DNA of 64,000 bases from IMG/VR virus record IMGVR_UViG_3300009550_000008; one strand, given 5' to 3'. Source of the DNA: a virus. Every line of letters starts with the position of its first letter. Position 1 is the first letter of the stretch. The notes under the pieces are model-generated. The model saw nothing but the letters and a program-made list of their open reading frames with translations. It was not told the origin of the DNA and did not search any database. The position numbers and the translations under genes were made by a program. Of the stretch, positions 19,087 through 29,246 are shown piece by piece.

Positions 19087-19121
19087 CATTTTCATATTTG
19101 ACCCCATATAATATATAAATA
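19082..19121 (+). promoter_or_regulatory. Composite promoter: sigma70, sigma32-like and T4 late-type
   Basis: TTGACA-18-TATAAT; CTTGAC-14-CCCCATAT; TATAAATA. Confidence 0.7.
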
Positions 19122-19184
19122 CTTTTGTAATTGCTCAATTGAGGATTACATTTATATTAACTTGCTTATTAAAAGGAGAAAAAT

Positions 19185-19595
19185 ATGACGCATTTAGATA
19201 TATTTGGTCAATTCAGACCGTTCGCAATTGGATTTGATAGATACTTCGAAGACCTCGATAGACTATCTAATCTTTCACAACCCAACTACCCACCTTACAA
19301 TGTTGTAAAGGTTGACGATGAAAATTTCATTGTTGAACTTGCAGTTGCTGGTTTTGGTAAAAAAGATGTTTCTGTTACTAAAGAGAAGAATCTTCTTATC
19401 ATTGAGGGTAAAGTAGAAGACGCCGAAAAAGAATTCGTTCACAAAGGTTTGGCTTCTAGAGCATTCAAGAGATCATGGACTCTTGCAGACAATGTTGAAA
19501 TTGATTCTGCAGAGTTGAAAGACGGCATCTTGTCTGTTAGTTTAGTGAAGGTTATTCCCGAAGAGGATAAACCAATCTCTATAAAAATCTCTTAA
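19185..19595 (+). CDS. Small heat shock protein Hsp20 (IbpA-like)
   Basis: NYPPYNVVK, ELAVAGF, HKGLASRAF, AELKDGIL. Confidence 0.95.
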   Translation: MTHLDIFGQFRPFAIGFDRYFEDLDRLSNLSQPNYPPYNVVKVDDENFIVELAVAGFGKKDVSVTKEKNLLIIEGKVEDAEKEFVHKGLASRAFKRSWTLADNVEIDSAELKDGILSVSLVKVIPEEDKPISIKIS

Positions 19596-19661
19596 AACCC
19601 ACTATACAAAATAGACTCTTGGTGTTATACTGAGAGTCTATTCTTAACTATAGGAGAGATT

Positions 19662-20183
19662 ATGTTATCAGTAGGAGAACAGTTCCCAAGTTTTACACTT
19701 AAGGGAATTAATGAAAACAACGAATTTGTTGATGTAGAAGTTAATGAAGGATATACGCCTTTGAAAAAAGACTGGTCTGTAGTTTACTTTTACCCGAAAG
19801 ACTTTACATTCATATGTCCAACAGAAATTGCTGGAATGGATATCTTAGTCGATCATGCAAATGTTGTTGGTATCAGTGGTGATAACGAGTTCTGTAAATT
19901 AGCATGGAAACAAGATAATGAGTTGATAGGTTCTATCAGACATTCACTTGCAGCTGATTGTGGACTTGGACTATCACATCAACTAGGTATCGTAGATGAT
20001 GAAAATGGTGTTTGTTATCGTGCAACATTCATTTTCGACAAAGACAGAGTCATTCAACATGCATCAATCAATGCATTAGACACTGGACGAAATGCACAGG
20101 AAGTTCTAAGAACTTTACAAGGATTACAAGCTGGTGGACTCACTGGTTGTGCATGGAACGAAGGTGATGAGTTTGTTGGTTAA
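19662..20183 (+). CDS. ahpC: Peroxiredoxin (AhpC)
   Basis: FYPKDFTFICPTE, RATFIFD, GRNAQEVLR. Confidence 0.93.
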   Translation: MLSVGEQFPSFTLKGINENNEFVDVEVNEGYTPLKKDWSVVYFYPKDFTFICPTEIAGMDILVDHANVVGISGDNEFCKLAWKQDNELIGSIRHSLAADCGLGLSHQLGIVDDENGVCYRATFIFDKDRVIQHASINALDTGRNAQEVLRTLQGLQAGGLTGCAWNEGDEFVG

Positions 20184-20233
20184 TTTCAAAAACCATCTTT
20201 ACATAGGACTATGGTATATGATATCATAGTTCT

Positions 20234-21487
20234 ATGTACTTTCAATATACTTTAGACGATTTAAAACAAAATTCTTCTCAGAAGAAATTCTCATATATTA
20301 CATTCTTTGCAGGCGGTGGTGGTTCATCGTGTGGATATAAACTCGCAGGTGGTGATGTTCGATACATGAATGAGTTCCAACAGATTCATGTTGACACTTA
20401 TCTTAAGAACTTCCCTGATACTGTACACGAATGTAAAGATATCAAACAAGTGACTGGTAAAGGCATTATGGAACTTACTGGTCTCAAACCATATGAACTT
20501 GATCTACTGGATGGGTCACCACCTTGTCCACCTTTCTCTATGGCTGGAACCAAGAGAGAAGGATGGGAACAAGAGAAGGTTGCATATGGAATGAAACAAC
20601 AAAACATCGAAGACCTTACATGGGAACAAATTAGAATTGCTGGTGAACTCAAACCCAAAGTAATTGTATGTGAGAATGTAAAAGGTCTCTCTATGGATTA
20701 TGCAAGAGATCATCTTAACAAGATGGTCACAGATTTTGAAGCACTAGGTTATTCAGTTGTATGGAAGATCATGAAAGGACATGAACATGGAGTACCTCAA
20801 AAGAGAGAAAGAGTATTCATGGTTGGTGTTCGTGATGATGTTCTAGAAGCAATTGGTAGACCTTGGATGACTCTAGGAAGTATCTTCCCTGAACCATCAG
20901 ATCAATATGCAACGATCAGTCAAGCAATTGATGATCTTGAAGATGATGAAGAGAATATCGAAGATGCTAAATACTTAGAACAAGCTATGAAAGATTCATC
21001 AAAAGGTCATTGGGTTCATGGATTTGAAAAACATCCTGATGAAAAGTTTGCAAACTGTACACCATGTAAAGGTATTGATGGTGTTGCAGATAAAGAGAAT
21101 ATGTCCTATGTTTCTATTGGAGATCATATTGTAAAACCTTGGTTCCAAGAGAACATTAGATTAGGACACATACCAGCGGAAGACGAGAAACATTCTTATT
21201 ATATGTCTAGGATAGTTCCAAAACATTTACCAGCTCATTCATTGACTGAACAAGGATGTCAACCTAAATTTATGGGTGGTAATCATTTCCATTACAACGG
21301 TAAGAGAATTTATACACCAAGGGAAATGGTAAGACTTATGTCACTACCTAACGATTATCAAATGACTGGTGATTACAATGATAAGGGTGCAAGGATTGGA
21401 TTAATGGTTGCACCACTATGCTTGTATTATCTAGTTGAAGAAATCAAAAAACAGATATTAGAACCATGGAACACATTGCAAAAGTAG
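20234..21487 (+). CDS. DNA (cytosine-5) methyltransferase
   Basis: FAGGGG (I), GSPPC (IV), ENV (VI), PQKRER (VIII), RLMSLP (IX). Confidence 0.95.
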   Translation: MYFQYTLDDLKQNSSQKKFSYITFFAGGGGSSCGYKLAGGDVRYMNEFQQIHVDTYLKNFPDTVHECKDIKQVTGKGIMELTGLKPYELDLLDGSPPCPPFSMAGTKREGWEQEKVAYGMKQQNIEDLTWEQIRIAGELKPKVIVCENVKGLSMDYARDHLNKMVTDFEALGYSVVWKIMKGHEHGVPQKRERVFMVGVRDDVLEAIGRPWMTLGSIFPEPSDQYATISQAIDDLEDDEENIEDAKYLEQAMKDSSKGHWVHGFEKHPDEKFANCTPCKGIDGVADKENMSYVSIGDHIVKPWFQENIRLGHIPAEDEKHSYYMSRIVPKHLPAHSLTEQGCQPKFMGGNHFHYNGKRIYTPREMVRLMSLPNDYQMTGDYNDKGARIGLMVAPLCLYYLVEEIKKQILEPWNTLQK

Positions 21488-22464
21488 ATCACGGTTTCAA
21501 AGAAACCTACGATAAGTGGAACGGAAAGTTCCTAGACAAATCATCATACGATGAAGTTATATCATCTATAGGAGTAGATGAGAAAGTAATTAAAGTAAGT
21601 AAACCAGTTGCATCTATTACAGGTGATATGGCTCCACTTGCATATATTGTTAAAGGTGAATACACTGGAGACAATTATCAGACTATTAAAGATACATTGT
21701 TTTCAATTGATGATGTCTCAACTATGAGAGCAAATGCATCAGGCCCAATCGATCATGAGGATATGAAAAAGAAAGGATTGATCGAAGGTGTACATTACAA
21801 ACTAAGAACACCTAACTCTTACTATCCACTTAAAAAGAATGGTAAGTTCAATCGTATTGCAGAAGCAAATGCAATTCATTCTGTATTGATAGGATATAAG
21901 AGAGGAAGATTTACAGGGATGATTAATCCTAGTGGTTGGATGAAGAAGAAATCTAATCAACAAAAGTGGGAAGTATTACAGAAGATTGCACCTCTTAACG
22001 AAGGTGCATTAAAGATCGCTGCTCCCGATGTGTGGCGTCAGCAAAGATCATTTGCAGACAATTATATTGAAAGTAAGTATCACATCGGGGGCGCACCTAT
22101 CACGGCTTTATCTGCAAACAGATATTCCAGTGAAGGTACTGCAAAAATGTCAGCACATCTAGATGGAAAAGATTTAGAGTTTGGATTGACAACAATGTGT
22201 GTTTTCAGGATTGGAGACTTCAAGGGTGCATATCTTTGTTTCCCTAGATACGGTCTTGCAATAGAAGCTGATGATGGTGATGTATTGATTGCAGATTCAA
22301 ATGAATTACATGGTGTTACACCTATCGAAGGAAATGGTGTGAGACTTTCATGTGTTGCATATTGTGATGAACATGTTGCAACAATGGGTATTGGTGGTAA
22401 ATCAGAAAACCCGATTGGCCCATCTAACAAAGATAAACATGGAAGTCTAGACGAGTTTTTTTAG
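21466..22464 (+). CDS. TET/JBP-family 2OG-Fe(II) dioxygenase (putative 5mC hydroxylase)
   Basis: AHLDGKD, GAYLCFPRYG, GDVLIAD..ELHGVTPI, RLSCVAY; overlaps the C5-MTase gene. Confidence 0.85.
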   Translation: MEHIAKVDHGFKETYDKWNGKFLDKSSYDEVISSIGVDEKVIKVSKPVASITGDMAPLAYIVKGEYTGDNYQTIKDTLFSIDDVSTMRANASGPIDHEDMKKKGLIEGVHYKLRTPNSYYPLKKNGKFNRIAEANAIHSVLIGYKRGRFTGMINPSGWMKKKSNQQKWEVLQKIAPLNEGALKIAAPDVWRQQRSFADNYIESKYHIGGAPITALSANRYSSEGTAKMSAHLDGKDLEFGLTTMCVFRIGDFKGAYLCFPRYGLAIEADDGDVLIADSNELHGVTPIEGNGVRLSCVAYCDEHVATMGIGGKSENPIGPSNKDKHGSLDEFF

Positions 22465-22465
22465 A

Positions 22466-23001
22466 TGATATACTTAATCGGTGGAGTACCATGTTCAGGT
22501 AAATCAACCCTGATGAGAGGTCTTATCTCTCGTTTAGAAGAACCTAAACTTGTAGAACCTATGCCTCTATTCAAATGTCAGGAACATGGTGACATTCTAG
22601 TATGTGGTCAGTATCCCGAAGGAGAAACATTCGGTGGTACAGATAGATTATCATATGGTGCAATACCACACTTTAGAGAATTTTGTGATGGTATCAGTAT
22701 TGGATATAAACATACTATTATAGAAGGTGATCGATTCTTTAGAGCAGAAGATATAGAATGGGTACTAGACAATCATGAATCAGAAGTTTACATTCTTACA
22801 GTTGACTCAGATGAAGAGAAACGAAGACACGAAGAACGACAAGATACTCAAACAGAGAAATGGTTACAGGGTCGTAGAAGTCAGATAGATAACATTCAAA
22901 AGAATTTCAATCTTATGGGAAGGTTAAATGTGGTCAACAACAGAGACATTCAAACTTCCCTAAGAATAGCTGATGAAATCTACGGGAAAATTATTTCATG
23001 A
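22466..23001 (+). CDS. P-loop kinase of the type linked to base-modification clusters
   Basis: GGVPCSGKST, GGTDRLS, IIEGDRF. Confidence 0.8.
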
Positions 23002-23573
23002 TTGTTCTTGTTCTAGGTGCTTCATGCAGTGGTAAGTCAACGATGTTAAATAATCTTTGTGATAGATTACATACTCCAAAAGAAGATATTTTTGAACCTC
23101 TTCCATTTTGGAAATGTAGAGAATACGGAGACATATTAAATGTTGAATCATATCCAATTAAGTATCCACCAAATCAAGTGTTCAATGGAACAGAAGTAAT
23201 AACTGCAGAGAACACTATCTATGATGGTGACTCAGGAGTTTCAGAGATTCCAAAGTATCAAGACTTCTGTAGATGGGCCGATTACTCATATGTACATACA
23301 CTTATAGAATGTGATATGTACTGGAAAAGTCAAGAGATACAATGGGTATTAGATAACCATGATGCACAAGCTTTTCTTTTAACAGTTGATTCGGATGAAG
23401 AACTTAGAAGACATAATGAAAGACATAGTACACAATCTGAGGAAGAAAAACTATTGTGTAAATTGCAGATAAATAATATACAAAAGAACATTAATGAACT
23501 TAATGTGAGAGAAAACAATACCACTGAATCTTCATTAAAAATTGAAGACGAGATTTATGCCAAAGTTATTTAA
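22998..23573 (+). CDS. Diverged paralogous P-loop kinase
   Basis: GASCSGKST; shares EPxPxxKCxExGDIL, WVLDNH, LTVDSDEE with the upstream gene. Confidence 0.75.
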   Translation: MIVLVLGASCSGKSTMLNNLCDRLHTPKEDIFEPLPFWKCREYGDILNVESYPIKYPPNQVFNGTEVITAENTIYDGDSGVSEIPKYQDFCRWADYSYVHTLIECDMYWKSQEIQWVLDNHDAQAFLLTVDSDEELRRHNERHSTQSEEEKLLCKLQINNIQKNINELNVRENNTTESSLKIEDEIYAKVI

Positions 23574-23871
23574 AGAAGTTTATAGGGTTGTAGAAAACCC
23601 ACATGAAACAGACGCTGGGATAGAGATCATCAGTGGAGAATGGGAGGGTTTAGTTTACCAGTACGGTGATGTACAATTCGAAGATGGTAAACCTCATTTG
23701 AATTTTAAGAGAACTATAAGAAGGTTACCTCAATCAGGTGACACTGTAGAAGACTTAGAAAAAAACGAGGAACTAAATAACCTTATGGGCGACATACTTG
23801 TAGAGTTAATACAAGAACAAATAGAGAGGGATAAAGAAATTGAACAAAGAAGTATTGAAGGAACAGATTAA
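23557..23871 (+). CDS. Conserved hypothetical T4-like phage protein
   Basis: GLVYQYGDV...MGDILVELI. Confidence 0.7.
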   Translation: MPKLFKEVYRVVENPHETDAGIEIISGEWEGLVYQYGDVQFEDGKPHLNFKRTIRRLPQSGDTVEDLEKNEELNNLMGDILVELIQEQIERDKEIEQRSIEGTD

Positions 23872-24295
23872 AAGACACGAAGGTGAGGTCTTAGAAGTCT
23901 ACGAAGATTCGTTAGGATATCTAACATTAGGCGTGGGTCACTTGATTCAGAAGTCAGACCCCGAATACGGACAACCAGCTGGAACTCCAGTTAGTCAAAA
24001 TGTAGTAGATTTATACTACACAGATGATTTTGATAAGCATGTCGATGAAACGATTCATGTATGTGAAAACAACAATATCGTTTTTGATGCATTACCTGAA
24101 AACATTCAACATGTTCTAGTGAATATGTGTTTCAACTTAGGTGCAAATCGATTAGGTAAATTCAGAAACATGTTAGCTGCAGTTTCTACATCTGATTGGA
24201 AAGAGATGGCAAGTCAGATGGAAGACAGCAGATGGTTCGGTCAAGTTGGTCGAAGATCAGTTGAGTTACAAGAAATGGTATTGGAGTTATCATGA
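23840..24295 (+). CDS. Lysozyme/endolysin (T4 lysozyme-like)
   Basis: RHEG...YEDSLGYLTLGVGH; NMCFNLG; SRWFGQVGRR. Confidence 0.9.
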   Translation: MNKEVLKEQIKRHEGEVLEVYEDSLGYLTLGVGHLIQKSDPEYGQPAGTPVSQNVVDLYYTDDFDKHVDETIHVCENNNIVFDALPENIQHVLVNMCFNLGANRLGKFRNMLAAVSTSDWKEMASQMEDSRWFGQVGRRSVELQEMVLELS

Positions 24296-24534
24296 GCAAA
24301 GATATGACAAATGATTTATTGAAAGCTGTTGTTGCACATGCAGACGGTCAGATAGAAAAACACAAAATTAATGTTCTTGTACAATGCAAGAACTCAGTTG
24401 GTGTTGCAGAGCATGGTGACCATGTAGAAACAATTCAAAAGGAAATGGAACAGATTGCACATTATGAAGACATAAAAGATGTAGTCCGTAAACATTTTGG
24501 AGAATATACAGATAGAACTACATTGACAGAATAG
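24292..24534 (+). CDS. Conserved hypothetical protein
   Basis: NSVGVAEH motif; ATGA-coupled. Confidence 0.7.
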   Translation: MSKDMTNDLLKAVVAHADGQIEKHKINVLVQCKNSVGVAEHGDHVETIQKEMEQIAHYEDIKDVVRKHFGEYTDRTTLTE

Positions 24535-24557
24535 AACATCCCTAGTATAATTATATA

Positions 24558-27074
24558 ATGGATTTCTATACAAATGTCTGTCGAACCCGTGACAAAATTC
24601 TAGTCAAAGGATATCAAGGTAAGAAACAAGTCAAGATGGCTGTTTCTTATCGTCCTAATCACTACATCCCCTCGAAGAAAGGGGACACTGCATTCAAGTC
24701 ATTAGATGGTAGATCACTGGAAGCAGTGAATCTAAACTCTATGGGTGGTGCAAGAAAGTTTCGAGAGAGATACTCAGGTGTCGAAGGATTCGAAATCCAT
24801 GGATACGACAAGTATATCTACACTTATATCGCAGAGAAGTTCAAAGGTGATATAGAATACAATCCTAAACTAATCAAAGTTGCATCCCTCGATATCGAGT
24901 GTGAGTGTGAAGATGGATTCCCTGAACCAATGATTGCTGGAGAGAAGGTTAATGCAATCTCCATCAAACCATTTGGAAAAGAAACTGTAGTATTCGGTAT
25001 CGGCCCATGGAATCATGATCGTACTGATGTGATCTATCACGAATGTACAAACGAAGCAAACCTATTGATGAAGTTCATCAAGTATTGGAGAACTGAATCA
25101 TTCGATATCATTACAGGATGGAATGTGAACTCATTCGATATCACATATCTTTGTAATCGTATCGATAGAATCCTAGGTGAAGATGAACATAAAAAGCTAT
25201 CACCATGGAATCAATCAGATGTTCGTGAGTTTACTGCTCATGGATATCAGAAACAACAGGTTTACAATCTCTATGGTGTGAATGTTCTTGACTATCTAGA
25301 ACTATATCGTAAACATACATTTGTAAATCAAGAATCCTACAGACTAGATCACATTGCAAATGTCGAACTTGGTAAAAGTAAATTAGATTATTCAGAGTAT
25401 GGAAATCTGCATACACTTTACAAACAAGACTATCCAAAGTTTCTTGAGTATAATGTACAGGATGCTGTACTGGTCGAAGAACTAGAAGAGAAACTAGGAT
25501 TGATCGAACTCGTTCAAGCGATGAGTTACAATGCAAAGTGTAATTACAACGATACCTTTGGAATGGTGAAGTATTGGGAAACCATTATCTACAACTTCCT
25601 TAAAGAACAAAACATTCAAACACCACCACAAAGACTTAGGACTGGTAATGACAAGATGAAACCTATCATAGGTGCCTATGTCAAAGACCCGTTAGTCGGT
25701 GGTCATGATTGGGTGGTGTCGTTTGACTTGAACTCACTGTATCCACATATCATCATGCAGTACAATATCAGTCCTGAGAAGATGGTAAAAGAATACAAAG
25801 AGGATGTATCAATTGATCGATTACTCAACAAAGAATGTAATCTATCATATCTAAAACAACAGAACAACACAGTTTGTCCCAACGGTGCAAAATTCAAAAG
25901 AGATCGTCAAGGTTTCCTACCTGAACTCATGGAGAAATTCTATGATGAAAGGAAGCAATGGAAGAGAAAGATGATCGAATATCAGATTGAACGAGAATCT
26001 TGTAAAGATCGTAAACGACTTAGAGAACTCGATACTCTCATCAAGAGAGCAAACAACAATCAGATGGTTCGTAAGATTGCACTGAACTCAGCTTACGGTG
26101 CATTGGCAAATCAGTATTTTGCATTCTTTTCTATTGACCTTGCAGAGGCAATCACTACATCAGGTCAGTTGATTATCAAATGGTCTGAGAGAACTATCAA
26201 TGACTTCATGAACAAAACATTAGGTACTGAGGATGAAGACTTTGTAATTGCAATGGATACTGATTCAGTCTATATCACTATGGACAAACTGGTTCAGAAG
26301 GTTTTACCCGAAGAGACAGACAAGGGTAAGATCATCGACTTCTTAAACAAATCAGAAGGTATGTTTGAGAAGGTACTTGCAGATGGTTTCGATGAACTAT
26401 CTGAGTACACAAATGCCTTTCAAAACAAGATGGAAATGGGGAGAGAGGTGATCGCTGATCGTGGTATTTGGACTGCAAAGAAAAGATACATTCTAAATGT
26501 CCACGACAACGAGGGAGTTAGACTTGCAGAACCCAAACTGAAAATGATGGGTATCGAAACTGCAAAGTCGTCAACACCACAATGGGTTAGAACTAAACTC
26601 ACAGAAGCTTTTAAGGTTGTGATGAATGGTACTGAACAAGACCTATGGGAATTCGTAGAGACCTCACGAAAGGAATTTCGTAATCTACCACCTGAACAGG
26701 TTGCATTCCCGAGAGGATGCAAAGGTTTAGTCCAATATGCATGTCCAACACATATTTACTCCAAAGGAACTCCGATTCATGTTCGAGGTTCGCTGTTGTA
26801 CAATCATCATCTTAAAAAGAAGAACATCGACAGACGATATGAAATGATTAAGAACGGAGAAAAGATTGCATTCAGTTATCTAACCGTTCCAAATCCAATC
26901 AACGAGAATGTCATTTCATTCATGAATGTTCTACCGAGAGAGTTAGACCTACACCGTTTTATTGATTATGATATGCAATTCAACAAAGCTTTTGTTGACC
27001 CTCTAAAAGTCGTAATCAGTTTAATCGGGTGGAATGTTGAACCAGTTGCAAGTCTAGACTCCTTTTTTGGATAA
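24558..27074 (+). CDS. 43: Family B DNA polymerase (T4 gp43)
   Basis: DIECE exonuclease, SFDLNSLYP, KIALNSAYG, MDTDS, KKRY. Confidence 0.98.
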   Translation: MDFYTNVCRTRDKILVKGYQGKKQVKMAVSYRPNHYIPSKKGDTAFKSLDGRSLEAVNLNSMGGARKFRERYSGVEGFEIHGYDKYIYTYIAEKFKGDIEYNPKLIKVASLDIECECEDGFPEPMIAGEKVNAISIKPFGKETVVFGIGPWNHDRTDVIYHECTNEANLLMKFIKYWRTESFDIITGWNVNSFDITYLCNRIDRILGEDEHKKLSPWNQSDVREFTAHGYQKQQVYNLYGVNVLDYLELYRKHTFVNQESYRLDHIANVELGKSKLDYSEYGNLHTLYKQDYPKFLEYNVQDAVLVEELEEKLGLIELVQAMSYNAKCNYNDTFGMVKYWETIIYNFLKEQNIQTPPQRLRTGNDKMKPIIGAYVKDPLVGGHDWVVSFDLNSLYPHIIMQYNISPEKMVKEYKEDVSIDRLLNKECNLSYLKQQNNTVCPNGAKFKRDRQGFLPELMEKFYDERKQWKRKMIEYQIERESCKDRKRLRELDTLIKRANNNQMVRKIALNSAYGALANQYFAFFSIDLAEAITTSGQLIIKWSERTINDFMNKTLGTEDEDFVIAMDTDSVYITMDKLVQKVLPEETDKGKIIDFLNKSEGMFEKVLADGFDELSEYTNAFQNKMEMGREVIADRGIWTAKKRYILNVHDNEGVRLAEPKLKMMGIETAKSSTPQWVRTKLTEAFKVVMNGTEQDLWEFVETSRKEFRNLPPEQVAFPRGCKGLVQYACPTHIYSKGTPIHVRGSLLYNHHLKKKNIDRRYEMIKNGEKIAFSYLTVPNPINENVISFMNVLPRELDLHRFIDYDMQFNKAFVDPLKVVISLIGWNVEPVASLDSFFG

Positions 27075-27082
27075 ATAGAAGT

Positions 27083-27505
27083 ATGGCATACAGTAAAAAG
27101 GTAGTAGATAGATTTAATAATGTTCTAAATGACCCTCAGAAACATGCAGTTGGGAGGTTTGACCCCAACGACCCGAATGTTGCAACAGGAATGGTAGGGG
27201 CACCAGCGTGTGGTGATGTCATGAAACTAGATTTAAAACTAGACATAGACGATAGAATCGAAGATGTAAAGTTTAAAACATACGGATGTGGTTCTGCAAT
27301 TGCATCATCAAGTTTGTTTGTTGATATGTTGATAGGTAAGACTATCTCAGAAGCAAAACAAATACAGGACAAAGATATTGCAGAGATATTAGAATTACCA
27401 CCGATCAAACTCCATTGTAGTGTATTGGCAGAGGAGGCCATATGTAAAGCAATCGAACACTGGGAGAAAAAAACCAGTAATCGAAAACATAATTACAATA
27501 AATAA
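27083..27505 (+). CDS. iscU: Fe-S cluster scaffold IscU
   Basis: GAPACGDVM, FKTYGCGSAIASS, LELPPIKLHCS. Confidence 0.95.
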   Translation: MAYSKKVVDRFNNVLNDPQKHAVGRFDPNDPNVATGMVGAPACGDVMKLDLKLDIDDRIEDVKFKTYGCGSAIASSSLFVDMLIGKTISEAKQIQDKDIAEILELPPIKLHCSVLAEEAICKAIEHWEKKTSNRKHNYNK

Positions 27506-27509
27506 CAAT

Positions 27510-27971
27510 ATGTACGAATATAATGTCAAGGTAGTAAAAGTTGTAGACGGCGACACAGTTGATGTCGACATCGATCTAGGATTTGGAATGACCTATAAAA
27601 AACAAAGAGTCCGCTTAATGGGCATCGATACACCTGAATCGCGTACTAGGGACAAAGTAGAGAAATTATTCGGAAAAGCTTCAAAGAAACATTTGAAGAA
27701 TTTAATGGAACAAGCAGAACAACTAACTCTAGTATCCCACGATAAAGGAAAGTTTGGAAGAATCCTCGGTGAATTATTCTCATATCACAATGTAGGACAT
27801 CCAGTACACGAAGTACATTTCTCTATCAATCAGCAAATGATTGATGACCATCATGCAGTAGATTACGCTGGTGGTAATAAAGAAGAGATACAAGAACAAC
27901 ACATGCAACATAGAACATTACTAATTGAGAAAGGAGTCGTTACTCAGGAAGATATCGACAAAGTGAAATGA
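27510..27971 (+). CDS. Thermonuclease (SNase-like)
   Basis: VVDGDTVD, RVRLMGIDTPE, GKFGRILG. Confidence 0.9.
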   Translation: MYEYNVKVVKVVDGDTVDVDIDLGFGMTYKKQRVRLMGIDTPESRTRDKVEKLFGKASKKHLKNLMEQAEQLTLVSHDKGKFGRILGELFSYHNVGHPVHEVHFSINQQMIDDHHAVDYAGGNKEEIQEQHMQHRTLLIEKGVVTQEDIDKVK

Positions 27972-28132
27972 TTATAGGTTTCCTTGACATCTTCTACATG
28001 ACAATCATTCTAGTAATATTCGGTTTCATTATTCATCTTGAAGCCCAAGTAAAGACTATCAAGACTATGATCGAGGGATACCTTGATACTAGGAATGGTA
28101 AAAAGATGAAAGATTTTCCAAAAAAGAAATAA
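27968..28132 (+). CDS. Small membrane protein (not in ORF track)
   Basis: 54 aa, N-terminal TM, ATGA-coupled. Confidence 0.55.
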   Translation: MIIGFLDIFYMTIILVIFGFIIHLEAQVKTIKTMIEGYLDTRNGKKMKDFPKKK

Positions 28133-28193
28133 AACCCCCTTGTAAAATTACTCACTATATATTATAATGGTTATATCATTATGAGAGGTGAAT

Positions 28194-29246
28194 ATGTCAT
28201 TTTTAAAAGACTTAGTTAAAGCAACTGGAAACGAATATGCAAATATCGTATCCGATGGTGTTGCAGCTGGGGATGTAGACTCATTCGTTGATACGGGGAG
28301 TTATGTCTTCAATGCATTACTTAGTGGTTCACTACACGGTGGACTTCCAAAAAACAAAATCACTGCAATTGCTGGAGAATCTGCAACAGGTAAAACTTAT
28401 TTTGCCTTGGGAATGTGTAAACAATTCCTAGAAGATAATCCCGAAGCTGCAGTAATCTATTTCGAATCCGAATCTGCAATCAGTAAAGATATGATTGAGG
28501 ACAGAGGAATCGATTCTAAAAGAATTGTTATCGTGCCTGTAGTAACAGTTCAGGAATTCAGGAAACAGGCAATTTCTATATTAGACAAATATCTCGAAAC
28601 TGATGAATCAGAAAGACCACCTATGATGATGTGTCTTGATTCATTAGGAATGTTGTCTACTACTAAAGAGATCGAAGATACTGCAGAGGGTAAAGAAACC
28701 CGAGACATGACTCGAGCTCAAGTAGTTAAAGGTGCATTCAGAGTATTGACTCTAAAACTTGGTAGGGCAGGTGTCCCTATGATAGTGACTAACCACACTT
28801 ATGATGTGATTGGTTCCATGTTCCCACAAAAAGAAATGGGTGGTGGTAGTGGATTGAAGTATGCAGCTTCATCTATTATCTACTTGTCCAAGAAAAAAGA
28901 GAAGGAAGGAACCGAAGTTATTGGTAACATCATTCACTGTAAGAATGCAAAGTCAAGACTTACAGTTGAGAACAGAATAGTGGATGTTAGATTAAACTAT
29001 GAAACAGGTTTAGATAGATACTATGGATTACTTGATCTTGCACTTGCAAGTGGTATCTTCAAAAAGTCTTCAACAAGAGTTGAGCTACCAACAGGTAAAA
29101 CCGAATTTGCAAAAACAATAAACAACAACCCTGAGAAATTCTTCACTGATGAAGTGATGGAAAGATTAGAAGAAGTTGTAAGAGATTATTTTAAATATGG
29201 AAACGAGAATAGAACAGACGATACTCAAGAATCTGATTCAGAATGA
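28194..29246 (+). CDS. uvsX: RecA-like recombinase UvsX
   Basis: [26 protein letters not shown]. Confidence 0.95.
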   Translation: MSFLKDLVKATGNEYANIVSDGVAAGDVDSFVDTGSYVFNALLSGSLHGGLPKNKITAIAGESATGKTYFALGMCKQFLEDNPEAAVIYFESESAISKDMIEDRGIDSKRIVIVPVVTVQEFRKQAISILDKYLETDESERPPMMMCLDSLGMLSTTKEIEDTAEGKETRDMTRAQVVKGAFRVLTLKLGRAGVPMIVTNHTYDVIGSMFPQKEMGGGSGLKYAASSIIYLSKKKEKEGTEVIGNIIHCKNAKSRLTVENRIVDVRLNYETGLDRYYGLLDLALASGIFKKSSTRVELPTGKTEFAKTINNNPEKFFTDEVMERLEEVVRDYFKYGNENRTDDTQESDSE

